From Octopus vulgaris (taxonomy: Eukaryota): a DNA stretch of 64,000 bases. The notes under the pieces are model-generated. The model was given only the letters and a program-made list of their open reading frames with translations. It was not told where the DNA came from and did not search any database. Both the position numbers and the translations under genes were made by a program. The stretch is from NCBI GenBank assembly GCA_951406725.2, contig OX597819.1, positions 127,720,001-127,784,000 on the forward strand, in the 5' to 3' direction. Below are positions 11,481-24,389 of this stretch, piece by piece (position 1 is the stretch's first letter; every line of letters begins with the position of its first letter).

Positions 11481-12033
11481 AAACAGCAGCTGCAGTAACA
11501 AAAGCAACAATAACAACAATTTAACCGCGTTGTTGTTCTTTAGTGCCTCCACAGTTCTCACTCAACAGGCGTTCCCACCATGACTTTCTCACTTAAATGT
11601 ATAACAGGAGCTATGATCTCCAATGTGTTCTTTCTTTTAAATAGGGTGAAATTCGAGACAAATTTCACTGTTAATTCTAGCAAGAAGTGTAGCCACGTAG
11701 ATGGTTCTTCACTAGCTTATATTGGTGAGTGTAAGTACATCACAATCTACATTGGGCGCAAAAACAATATACGTGCTCCTAAATCAAATAATTCAAATAA
11801 CTACGAATATATAAAAACGACTAGGTGATATGAAGACTTATGAGGTTTTCACTCGACCCATCTCATGTCTTCTCAGTATCACTCTCTGTCGATCTCTCTC
11901 TCTCTCTCTCTTTCTCCGTCTCGCACATATATATATATATATATATATTTACTTACTATGTTTATATCGCAATCTTTCTTACTGTTTCTCATTTTTGACT
12001 CTCACTCTCCGTCTCTAGTATTCGATCTCTCAC

Positions 12034-12073
<40 letters not shown>

Positions 12074-12642
12074 TCCTCCATATTCCACTCTATGATTTTT
12101 TAAAAATCTAACGTTTGTGAGGAAGAAAATTAATTGAATTTTTCCCCAAATTTTCTTCAGTAAAAAAAAACAACCTAAAAGCAACTTGAAACTAATATAT
12201 GAAATATGAAAAAGAAATTATATAACGTATATGTGTTTGTGTATATATACTTATATGTATATGTATATGTATATATGTGTGTGTCTATATATATACTTGT
12301 GTGTGTGTGTGTGTGTGTGTATCGACTTGTGAGACGGCTGGTGTTAGAATTTTAGGAGAAATAGAGAAATCTTGTCTCATGTCTTGTGTGGGTTTTTGAA
12401 ATTGTCAGCTTGCCAATAAATAAATAAATAGATAAATAAAGTAAAAAAGCAAAACATAAATAAGTAAAAAAAAAATACTAAAATAAAACAAACCGACAAA
12501 CTATATGTCAGATATTATTAAAGAAATATCAATAGGAGAATAACATTTCTTTGATATGAAAATATTAAATTTTCCTCCCCTTTTTTTAAAAAAATCATTT
12601 ATTATATATAGGTTGTTGATTATATTTATTTATTATTTAATT

Positions 12643-12695
<53 letters not shown>

Positions 12696-13019
12696 TTACT
12701 ACTACTACTTTTTTTTTTCATTTTTTAGTTCAGAAAATTTTTAGAAGTTTATATCAATAAATATATGTCCAAATGCTTACTTGTGTTATTTACCTTTTGG
12801 CATTTATTATTTTTTTTTATTGCTGGTTGTAAAGTTGAAGAAAAATAAACAAATAATTTCAGCAAAAAGAAGTAAACAATATATTTTTTTTTTGCCTTAA
12901 TGTTAAGAAAGATGGAATAAAAGAAGGAAAGAGGGAAAGAAAATAAGGCAAATGGCTGCCGGGTAGCGGAGGCGGTGGCGACGGTGATTGTGGTGGTGTG
13001 ATTGACAAAGGAAGAAAAG

Positions 13020-13121
13020 GAAAGTGATCGAAAGAGAGAGGCTGAGAAGGAAAGTTAGACAAGAAAGAGGTAAGAAGAAGAAGAAGAAGAAGAAGAAGGG
13101 GAAGAAGAAGAAGAAGAAGAA

Positions 13122-13153
<32 letters not shown>

Positions 13154-13204
13154 AGAAGAAGAGGAGGAGGAGGAAGAAGAGGAGGAAGAAGAAGAAGAAG
13201 AGGA

Positions 13205-13237
<33 letters not shown>

Positions 13238-13374
13238 GGAGGAAGAGGAAGAAGGGGAAGAAGGGGAAGAAGAGGAAGGGGAAGGGAGGAAGAGGAAGAG
13301 GAGGAAGTAGAGGAAGAGGAGGAAGAGGAGGAAGAAGAAGAAAAAGAAGGGGAAGAAGAATATGAGGAAGAAGA

Positions 13375-13411
<37 letters not shown>

Positions 13412-13510
13412 CAACAACAACAACAAGAACAAGAAGAACAAGAACAAGAACAAGAGGAAGAAGAAGAAGTGGTGGTGGCTTTAGTAGTAGTAGTAGTAGT
13501 AGTAGTTGAT
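13020..13510. repeat. polypurine (GAA/GAG)n tract grading into (CAA) and (TAG) repeats
   Basis: direct reading. Confidence 0.95.
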
Positions 13511-13905
13511 GAAGAAGGAGGAGGAAAAGAAATAACAAGAATAACATCGACAACATGAACAAACGAAGAATGAGGAGAATAAAAAAGAAAAAAATGCGGA
13601 TGAGGATGATTATAATGAAGAGGTAGAGGACAAAATTGTGATGAAGATGCTCGCACTGAAAACAATAACAGCAGAGACAGCAGCCGTCCAAGCATTTGGA
13701 CCTGGAGATCTTCATTTCCAGTGACTTCGATGGCCACCTCCCAGTGGCGTCGGACGTCAACGAAGAGCCCTCGACTACAAGACGACCAAAGTTATTTTTT
13801 CCCAAGGTCGGGGATCTCCCGCCCCTAAGCCCTAGACCATCACCTCATCACCCTTACCCGTCTTGTTGCTTAACAACAACAACAACAAAAAGCAGCGACG
13901 GCAGT

Positions 13906-14252
13906 GGAGGCGCAATGGCCCAGTGGTTATGGCAGCGGACTCGCGGTCGGAGGATCGCGGTTTCGATTCCCAGACCGGGCGTTGTGTGTGTTTATTGAGC
14001 AAAAATACCTAAGAGTTCACGAGGCTCCGGCAGGGAGTGGTGGCGACCCTTGTTGTACTCTTTCGCTCCGATTTTCTCTCACTCTTTCTTCCTGTTTCTT
14101 GTCCCCGACTTCCTACGCAACCGCTGAACCTGGATGCTCATTCATCCATCCGTTGATGCTCTCGGGGGGGTTGACCTGCTTTCTCTTCTGCGGGTCTTAC
14201 GGATAGCAAAGGACCTCGTTACGGACTTCTCCCAAACGCTCAACAAACAAAC
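13906..14252 (+). mobile_element. SINE C with tail type 1
   Basis: aligns with the 11113 copy; degenerate TSD aagcagcga..gca. Confidence 0.9.
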
Positions 14253-14534
14253 AAGCAGCGAGAGCAACGTTGAAATAACAAGAAAATAATTCAATAATTT
14301 GAAAGTTCATTTTACTTTCTGTAAAGCTCTCATTATAACTGAAAGAAGTAACAAATATTTAAGATAAGATGTAGACACTGAAGCCCTCTAGATATTCAGT
14401 GGGCAAGACCAGATATATCAGTACACAGCTAGATGTATCCTACTTCATGCTAGAAGATTTATAGTAATATATTTGACTTCTTGTTAACGCTATCCTGTTA
14501 ACTTGATGCTGACCAGGTGCTGTTTTAGTCTTAA

Positions 14535-14940
14535 CTAGCAGTATCGCCCGGCGTTGCTCGGGTTTGCAAGGGAAATAACTATATAAGCATTTTTAGAGAG
14601 TTATAGCCAAAAAATAGCAAAAAAATAGCAAAAAAATGTATTAAAAATGGAAAAAAATGATGGTAATTTTTTTTTAAATCGTTGACTCATCGTAGACATT
14701 TTTAGAGAGTTACTTCCCTTATATAATAGCAAAAAAAATGCATTAAAATGGAAAAAAATGATGCTAAATTTTTTTAAATCGTAGACTCATCGTAGACGCG
14801 CGCTAATACCCAGAAGGGCTCGATATGAATCACGACTATAAGATACCCGGTTTTGGTTAAACTGCACCGCAAAATGTGGGAGTAGTTAGGAATCTAAGTC
14901 GTAGGAGACAGACACACAACCTCACTTTTATATATAAAGA
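14535..14940 (-). mobile_element. non-autonomous Helitron
   Basis: minus strand starts A|TC (14940) and ends with hairpin acccgagcaacgccgggc then CTAG|T (14535); internal duplication of about 100 bp. Confidence 0.85.
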
Positions 14941-15263
14941 TAACCACTTTTCGTTGCCGAGTGGCCTGGAGCTTACCCAAAGAAATAACACAGCCTTCAG
15001 ATCAGTGCTCAAACTCACATAGTCACCGGGCTATGCATCTTCTCAATAGACAACTAGTGTCTTACTCAACCTTATTTCTGAGTTCTTGTTTCTGTAGCTT
15101 GTAGATTTATAATCCGATATAATGAGAGAAATGTAGGAGGTTATCAAGCTTTCTATGACCTTGAAATATTCAAGATTACAGAGAAGAATGCAACACATGC
15201 AAGTAACGATAAATGGCTACAGTCAGAATACTAGAATGAGTTCGGCTTATCAACATCTGAGTA

Positions 15264-15762
15264 TATATTTCTTTATTACCCACAAGGGGCTAAAAATAGA
15301 GGGAAAAATCATCATCATCATCATTGTTCGACCGTGGTCGAGACAATGGAATTTACCATGCTACGCCAGACTTCACGGTCCATCATGGCATTACGGAGGT
15401 CCTGTTGCTGGATGCCTGTATCCCTAGAGATTACATCAGGGTAGGAGAGTGTGCGCCCTCTGGTATTGCGAGTAGATGGCTTCCAGAGAAGAGTAGAAAT
15501 TACCTCTTTTTCAGCTCTACAACAATGTCCAGCAAACTGGACTCTCTTACCTTATCTAAGTAGAGGGGAAAAACAAAGACAGTCAAAGGGATTAAGTCAA
15601 TTCCATCGACCCCAGTGCGAAACTGGTACTTAATTTATCGACCCCGAAAGGATGAAAGGCAAAGTCGACCTCGGCGGAATTTGAACTCGGAGGAACGTAA
15701 CGGCAGTCGAAATACGGCTACGCATTTCGCCCGGCGTGCTAACGGTTCTGCCAGCTCGCCGC
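15264..15762 (-). mobile_element. SINE A interrupted by a LINE 3' end
   Basis: tail 15264-15306 and body 15561-15762; tagaggg(g)aaaaa duplicated around the insert. Confidence 0.85.
15307..15560 (-). mobile_element. RTE-X-like LINE 3' end with (GAT)n tail
   Basis: RVQFAGHCCRAEKEVISTLLWKPSTRNTRGRTLSYPDVISRDTGIQQQDLRNAMMDREVWR; second copy at 32090. Confidence 0.8.
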
Positions 15763-15796
15763 ACCTGAGTATACAAACTATAAACTGTTCCCTACC

Positions 15797-15827
<31 letters not shown>

Positions 15828-15852
15828 TCACAGACACACACAAAAACACACA

Positions 15853-15902
<50 letters not shown>

Positions 15903-16095
15903 AGCACACACTCACACACACACACACACAATTAATACGGTGGCTGAAAATTTCAAAATCAGGATGAAACCATGTGTCTTCGTGGTAGGTAAGTCTCCAA
16001 ACAGCTGCTTCGAGAAGCACCCCTCGTTGCAATATGTCAGCAAAGGAGTGTCGATCCCCAGCAGGAGTGAAAAGCTTAATCTGTGACGCTTGTGT

Positions 16096-16537
16096 TTAAT
16101 CCTTTAGCATTCAGATTACTATGTCGAAAGTAATACTTATTTATCCATATTGTTTTGCGTTAATCATGTTTCATCTCATAGCTTCGAAATTTCGAATATG
16201 TGTTTGTAGATTTTTAAAATAAAATAGTAGGGTAGGTGTGAGAGACAATACCTGGCCAATTTCAACATAAAACAGACCGAATATTTCGTTTTGGGATTTG
16301 GTTTGCAAGATTCTTTATATGAGTTCGTGTGTTGAAGCATATTCTGTTGTGTCTATGGAGAGTCATTTTCTTTTTGTGCCTTATTATTTAACACACTCAC
16401 CGGTAAAATTTTCACTTTTTTCTTATTTTTATTTTCCTAAAATTTTCGTTGCGTCTTGCAACCTTTTCAATAGTTTTGACTCTGTCCGTTATTTACTGTG
16501 CGTTCCCTTTTCTTTGTTTGTGCGCATGTGTGTGGGT

Positions 16538-16608
<71 letters not shown>

Positions 16609-16688
16609 TATATATGCATGCATGTATACACAACAGAACAGAACGAATATTTCGGCCAAATATGACCAGTTTAAATCCTAAAGATTAA
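16096..16688. mobile_element. piggyBac-like MITE (TTAA ends) interrupted by an insert at 16289-16636
   Basis: ttaa tcctttagcatt ... aaatcctaaaga ttaa; aacaga(c/a)cgaatatttcg duplicated at 16271 and 16637. Confidence 0.6.
16437..16473 (-). ncRNA. minimal type I hammerhead with U3-A8 core
   Basis: minus: cta TTGAAAA g gttgc aagac gcaac GAAA ATTT tag; stem I cta/tag, perfect 5-bp stem II. Confidence 0.6.
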
Positions 16689-17008
16689 AAGAACAATCAA
16701 GCCATGACATAACTCAAAATTCAGTTACAAACACACCAACCCACACACACATACAAACACAGATATTTATATAATTGATAAGCTTATAAACACACTCATC
16801 GGCTGCTGCTATTCCACCTCTCTTTTTCTAAAATAGCAGACGTTTGTGTATGCCCCGGCATAGGTTTTTCGCTACACCACTCCTTGGTTTTCTCAGTTGC
16901 TATGCACTTTTTCTTTTAAATATTTGGTGTTTCGTTTACAACTAATTATTTACGTTTGTAAAATCTGAGTCAAACCAAGCACTAGAGTTTATATAAGTTT
17001 TTGTTTAA

Positions 17009-17082
<74 letters not shown>

Positions 17083-17089
17083 TTGTGTG

Positions 17090-17479
17090 TGTAGCTGTGT
17101 AGTAATAGCCTGCTTACCAACCACATGGTTCCGGGTTCAGTCCCACTGCGTGTCACCTTGGGCAAGTGTCTTCTACTATAGCCTCCGGTCGACTAAAGCC
17201 TTGTGAGAGGATTTGGTAGACGGAAACTGAAAGACGCCCGTCGCATATATGTATATATATATGTGTGTGTATATGTTTGTGTGTCTGTGTTTGCCCCTCA
17301 CCCAACATCGCTTGAAAATCAATATTGGCGAGTTTACGCCCCCGTAACTTAGCGGTTCGGCAAAACAGACCGATAGCATCAGTACCAGGCTTACAAAGAA
17401 TAACTCCTGGGGTCAATTTGCTCGTCTAAAGGCGGTGCTCAAGCATGGCCGCAGTCAAATGACTGAAGCAAATAAAAGA

Positions 17480-17481
<2 letters not shown>
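17090..17481 (+). mobile_element. SINE B, near full length
   Basis: head, gggcaagtgtctt CORE-like segment, internal (TA/TG)n, tail ggcggtgctc..gcatggccgcagtcaaatgactgaa. Confidence 0.9.
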
Positions 17482-17515
<34 letters not shown>

Positions 17516-17581
17516 GTACACGACGGGCTTCTGTCATGCATTTGGTTAGCAAATTCCCTATAATATTGCCGAACTTGCGCT

Positions 17582-17637
<56 letters not shown>

Positions 17638-17699
17638 TGATTTTGATTTTGATTTTTCCAGTTTCAGCTAATGAGCTGTGGCCATGCTGGGGCACCGCC

Positions 17700-17737
<38 letters not shown>

Positions 17738-17800
17738 GTATATATTTATATATATATATATTATTATAATAATAATAATGATAATAATAATAATAGATGG

Positions 17801-18980
17801 AAAGTTCTGTCCAAATTTTGAATAAAGAAAATAAGTGATCAAATATATTTTATTGAAATTTAATCATCAACGTATTTTCCCTGATTATCTATGACTTCCT
17901 TCCATCTATTTACAAGCTTTTTAATCCCAACAATATAAAACTCTTTTGTCAGTTTCGACCTCCTCCTGGCTTGCGAAAGTTATGTCCCCCAAATGATTCT
18001 GTAATCTACGAAACAAATGGTAGTTGAAAGGAGCAAGGTTAGGAGAATAAGGTGAATGAGGAATTTTTTCCCAACCAAGTTCTTCGATCTTCTGTGATGT
18101 GATCTTTGCAGTGTGACTTCGCGCATTGTCCTGATGAAATATCACTCCTTTTCGATTCACTAAAGTGGGTCACGCTCTAATTGCTGACAATGGACTTGAG
18201 CATTGATTGTTGCATTAGGTGGTAACAATTCAAAGTGAATTGCAATCCCACCAGATAGAGAGAAGAAACTTTTCCCATGAAGTTCCCTTTTCGGTTGTGG
18301 TGGAGCTTTTCCCCTTTTACCAAGCCGCTGTTTACGATAGAAGATCCATTTTTCGTCACCAGCCATAAGTCTATCCAAAAAGAGTAAAATGAGTTCGCGA
18401 GAATGGAGAGAAAAGCAGATGTCAACGAGGGATTTGTGGTTGTTTTCGGACAATTCATGAGGCACCAATTTTCCAAGTTTAGGAACCTTTCTAAGTTGCT
18501 GAAGATAACGATGAACAGTTGTATGGTTTGAACTAAGCTTTATTGCCAATTCTTCAATTGAAAATGCAGGATTTTCTTCAAGTAATGCCTCAAGGATCTT
18601 ATTATCAAACTCAACTGGACGTCCTGTTCGATCTTCATCTTCTTGGCTTAAATCTCCACTTGTGAATTTTGCAAACCATCTTCTGCAAGTTCTTTCCCCT
18701 AAACGGAGTGTATGTTTTGAGTCGCTTCGTCTCCAGAGTTTCCTTTTTTGTACTTATAAGGCATTATGTGCCTCAAATGTTCTTTGGATGCTTCCATGTT
18801 AGAAAGGGTTTTAATCAAAGAAATTTTAATTCTATTATTCTGTAAAATAATATTTAATTAGTTTAAATGTAGACAAATGCATAAAAATAATTTCTAATTC
18901 CATTAGACATTCTAAAATACTATTAAATTTCATTCAATTTAAAAAAAGGTAAGATCCGACAGTACATATGGGATGACCTG

Positions 18981-18983
<3 letters not shown>
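17801..18983 (-). mobile_element. mariner (DD34D-type) transposon, degenerate
   Basis: TIR remnants at both ends; transposase relic inside. Confidence 0.9.
17860..18797 (-). pseudogene. mariner transposase pseudogene
   Basis: MEASKEHLRHIM...LVPHELS...GDEKWIFY...FHQDNARSHT...HSPYSPNLAPFNYHLF, with frameshifts and stops. Confidence 0.9.
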
Positions 18984-19026
<43 letters not shown>

Positions 19027-19029
19027 ATT

Positions 19030-19250
19030 TACGAGGGGGTGTTGAAAAGATCCTGGCGTTAACGGTATCACGAAAGGCCTGGCTGGAGATCTCAAATTCC
19101 TAGCTCTTTTATTGGACGTAGAAAAACTGGTGGTCCGCTGTAATAAGTGTGTGAATCTGAGAGGGTAACACGTTGAATAAAATCACAATTAACTATTCCT
19201 CCTGTATTTTCTTTTACCCAAAGCCAGGAAATTTTCAGCACCACATCGTA
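19030..19250. mobile_element. mariner-derived MITE
   Basis: TIRs tacgagggggtgttgaaaagatcctggc / gccaggaaattttcagcaccacatcgta; second copy at 42265. Confidence 0.85.
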
Positions 19251-19519
19251 CATACATACATACATATACATATATAGAATATGAGAGGTTTATTTCACTG
19301 ATGATCTAAACCAACAGGTACGCTGCGAAAGTGCTATAATTGGTCATTGGTTAGGTTCCAAGTCCACAGCTGAGGCTGGAGCTAGGAGTCTGTAGAAGGC
19401 TTCCGAATCAGCGGGTATATATATATCCACATTCACACGTATGTATATATATATATATTATGCCCACACATTAGTGTATATATGATTGATTTTTTGATTG
19501 ATTGATTGATTTTTAGTTT

Positions 19520-19566
<47 letters not shown>

Positions 19567-19575
<9 letters not shown>

Positions 19576-19917
19576 TTTACAAAATAAAGGCAAAAGAAAC
19601 ATTCTAATGCCAAATATGCCGAAAAAAAGACAAAAATTGTCAATAACCATCATAATTTATTCGTCTCGAAACAAACCGATAGAAATTTCTAAAAAATCCG
19701 TTATTACCGTGGTCCCAATTTAGGGGTTAATTCATAAGAATTTTCCCCTCTTCAGCGATAAATACGTGAGATATAAGTGAAATACTTACTCATTCTTAGA
19801 AATTTCTATCGGTTTCGAGACGCATAAATTATGATGGTTATTGACAATCTTTGTCTTTTTTTCGGCATATTTGGCATTAGTATTTTTCTTTTGCCCTTAT
19901 TTTGTAAATCATTTATA
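19567..19917. repeat. inverted repeat with ~125-bp arms and ~100-bp spacer (PLE-like fold-back)
   Basis: 19567-19692 is the reverse complement of 19796-19917 with scattered mismatches; abuts (TA)n. Confidence 0.9.
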
Positions 19918-20018
19918 AATTTAACCTTTAAAGGTACTTTTTTGATATGCTGACCATTGATAAAAAAAATTTTTTCCCGGAAAAAAAAAGAAAAAAAATT
20001 TATCCTACATTAGTGATT

Positions 20019-20060
<42 letters not shown>

Positions 20061-20419
20061 TATATCGTTGCACCTCTCTCACATTTCTTTGCCTTCTCTG
20101 CTTACTCACTTTCTCTCCACTTTTCACTTCACTGTGTCCCTGTCCTTTTTCCTCGTCCCTCCTTAATTCTTCTGTCTTTCTACTTCTACTTCTCTTTCTT
20201 CTCTTCCCACGTGACCGCCGGTCAGCCTAACCTGTTTTTTCATTCTTGGTCTGACCGCCCTCCGTGCAACATCAATATTCTTCCCTGTGTTTGTGAAATG
20301 TTTATATCACTGCCGTAAGACTTCATTTTCACAAGCGCCAACTTAATTCAATTTGTCCTTAGTCGAAAGACACCTGTTGCTATGTCCTGTTATTTTTATT
20401 GTATTTATTATTGCATTTT

Positions 20420-20710
20420 TATTTGTGTATCTCTGTCCGTTTTTTCCGTTCTTGGTTTTGTATACATTCGCTGCTTTCTTCCAAGAAATATAATGCTCTT
20501 AGCTTAGTTTTTCTTTGGGGCTGGCCAGATTGGAGCAATCTCAAGATTAATCAGCCGAAATTGCGAAGATAATCTAGTGCTTGAATGAGGATAGAAAACT
20601 TCGAATGACCCGTCCTTGTTTTCTTTGTATCGTGTATTTGGATGTTTTGTTGTCCCATTTTTGTATCACCTAGCTGTCCGGCTGTTTTGCGTTCTTGCCC
20701 CATTTTGTAT
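20420..20710 (+). mobile_element. unclassified interspersed repeat ending at (TA)n
   Basis: ggggctggccagattggagcaatctcaagattaatc...ttcgaatgacccgtcc shared with 59740-60006. Confidence 0.75.
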
Positions 20711-20721
20711 TTTATATATAT

Positions 20722-20780
<59 letters not shown>

Positions 20781-21176
20781 ATGTGTGTGTGTTAAGAGTT
20801 TATATCTTACATGTTACAAGTAAAATGGCTCTCTAGAATTATAAAATTGTTTTTCTTTCATAGTGAAAACATCACACTTTATCCGCAATTTCACATATCT
20901 AGGGAAATATGTTAAAAAGTGGCAAGCACTATAATGTGTAAGATGTCGTTCATAAGAAACATGCTTGTCTGTTTGTGTGTGTGTGTGTGTATGTGTATGC
21001 GTATGCGTGTGTATGTGTGTGGTGGGTGTTGCACATTCTAAACGTATCGCGTTGCTTTTTCTGATTTCTGAGTTCGAAACTGTAGATCAACGGCTCGTTT
21101 GAGGTGATGTACTACCTTTCATATATACATAATTTCACGTGTGTGCATGTGTGTGCATGTGTGTATGTGTGTGCGT

Positions 21177-21231
<55 letters not shown>

Positions 21232-21769
21232 AGAGAAAACGAGAGGGAGTGAATAACCTATTATACATATATATATATATCGCAAAAATTTGTGTTTGCC
21301 TGCCTGTCTTCTTTGCTAGACATTGTTTACGTCTCCGTGTGTACGTAACTCCTTGTTTGCGTGTCTTCTTTCGCGTATATAAATTTCGACCCTATCACGC
21401 ATGACACATGCCTATACATCATTTGTGCTACCATATCCGTTATTTCTAAATTCTAGCTTCGTTCTTTTCTCCAGCATTCCCTCCCCCATCACCCCTAGTT
21501 CTTTTTTTTAAAAAAAAAACCTCTTTACTTCTTTTGATTTGTACTTTGTCAAATGTCAAAACAAGGTTCCAAATAGTGTATCTTGAGTTTTAGTTATGTA
21601 CATTCGCAAAAACTCATCAACATGCATATAAAACACACAAACCTCCCAAATATACATATACAGAACACCAATGCCTATGTACAGTGCATGCAAATACACT
21701 CATACACACACCCAAATATTCTCTTAATTGTGTATATGTATATACATAAATATTAATTACTTTGTTTAT

Positions 21770-21788
21770 ATATGTACATGTATATATA

Positions 21789-21824
<36 letters not shown>

Positions 21825-22799
21825 TGTATGTATGTATGTATGTATGTATGTATGTGTGTATGTATGTGTATATATATATGCATATATATGTATGTATGTG
21901 TATATATATGTATATACATATATATATATATGCATATATATATGTATATGTACATACATACATATATATATATACATACATGTGTATTTAAAAGGATAGA
22001 AAGATATATATATAGGTATACGTAGATACAACTATATATATACATATACACATATTCATATATGTATACCAATATGCACACACATGCACGCACACACAAA
22101 CACACACACATATATACATACATTTTAAGTTTCTTGTATAAGTTTCTTTTTTTTCAATTTCATATATATATACTTATCTCCTTCGTGATTAAGACTGGCC
22201 TAATGTTGTTCAGATTTTTCAGATTCATCTTTCCTCATATCTAATGCATTAACGTTTGGTGTCATACGCCTAAGTTTTGCCATCTAATATAAATGTGTTT
22301 TTCAGATTTTTAGAACACACACACGGACACAAACACACCCATAGATACGCACACGCAGACACACACACATTTTGGATTGCTCTCACAACCGATTTATTAC
22401 AAATCACTAGAATTAGCATTCTAATTATCAATATTTCGGTGACAAGCCACACAGTCTGTAAGAATGATGCACACAGAGACGAATTCGCTTTTTGTTCCTT
22501 GACATTTCCTGTAAGCTTTGGTCACTGTTTTGTCTTCGAAGTGTTCGGAGTCATTCTCGCCCAAAATTGAATGTAGATATGTATATACACACATGCATAC
22601 GCACACATATGCATGTATATATGTATGCGTTTGTTTATAATCATGTATGTATGTTTGTATGTATGTATGTTTGTGAGCAATTCTAACAACATGAAGAAGA
22701 GTATCGGAAAGCGAAATATAAAGAAGAAAAGTAACTAAAATTATTACTTGACGACATGTGAGACAAAACAATAGATAAGGGTATATATGCATGTGTGTA

Positions 22800-22871
<72 letters not shown>

Positions 22872-22887
22872 TGCATATATACCATTA

Positions 22888-22975
<88 letters not shown>

Positions 22976-22989
22976 TGTATGTATGTATG

Positions 22990-23028
<39 letters not shown>

Positions 23029-23333
23029 TTAATCTTATACTTATTTATGAATGCGCGTCTGTATCATTTACTCTCCTCGCCATCATTCCCTCCTCTCTCT
23101 CTCTCTCTGAATGTATGCATCTATGTAATTACACACGCGCACATCTCTGTTTCTATATATAAATGAGTGTGCGTTTGTGTGCGCGTGTCTGTGCGCGTAT
23201 ATCTATCTCTGTATGCCAGTGTTTCGTAAGGGTATGTATAATGTGAGTGATCTGTGTGCGTTGATGAGACGTCGAAAATGTGTGGGGGAGGAAAAGAGAA
23301 GAAAAAGAAAGCTGAGCTAATTGTAAGCATTTA

Positions 23334-23391
<58 letters not shown>

Positions 23392-23499
23392 AGTATATAT
23401 ATATATGCGTTTGTATATATATATGAAAACGCATATATTTATATACACACATATAAATACATACACACATAAACACATACACACATATATATATACATG

Positions 23500-23544
<45 letters not shown>

Positions 23545-23554
23545 TTATATATAC

Positions 23555-23642
<88 letters not shown>

Positions 23643-23680
23643 CATATACATATATATGTACATGTATGTATACACATATA
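21770..23680. repeat. cluster of (TA)n, (TATG)n and (CA)n microsatellites with short unique spacers
   Basis: direct reading. Confidence 0.9.
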
Positions 23681-24389
23681 TATTCATTTATTTTGTTGAG
23701 GGACATTCTTTTTTGCTCTTTTATTGTTTTGGAGCCAGAGAAATATACAGAAAGACAAATGAAGTGTTTCACCGAGGATAAATATGTTTGACGTAAAGAT
23801 TGGTGCCCTGTGCATCGCTTGTTATGACGCCAGCGCTCGCTGTTGTTAATTCTGTTAACACTCTTCCCTAATAACTTGTTGCCAAAACCTATTTTTCATT
23901 ATACGGACATACTTACGTACAGTGTGTGAGTGTGTGTGTGTGAGTGTGTATGTGAGAGAGAAAGAGAGAGATGGAGTGAAAGAGAGAAAGAGAAAAGTCA
24001 GAAAAGGCAAAAATAGACAAAACGCGTAAGAACAATAAACCACAACAGTTATAATGGTATAAATAACAATAATAATAACAACCACAATTGTTCGTTTTTC
24101 CTTTGTTTTTGTTGTCATCACAGTAATTATGCTATTAGTAACAATAATAATAGCATGTTCTCTCCCCCTTTTTATATGTTTTTTTCTTTGGAACTTTTTT
24201 TGTTATGGTTGTTTTTTGCTATAATTTTTTTATAGTTTTTTGTTAGTCTCTTTTTTGTACGAGTTTCCAATTTATATTTTCAATTTACTTTGTATATTCC
24301 ACTTCATCATCTTCATCAACCCCCCCATCATCAACATCAACATCAGCCCTATTATCAATACACGTAATGCTATTAACATCATTTTTGTT

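Noticed and set aside
12859-13805. Long ORFs with a signal-peptide-like start or Lys/Arg-rich content
   Set aside because: Their length comes from the GAA tract; no domain or splice support
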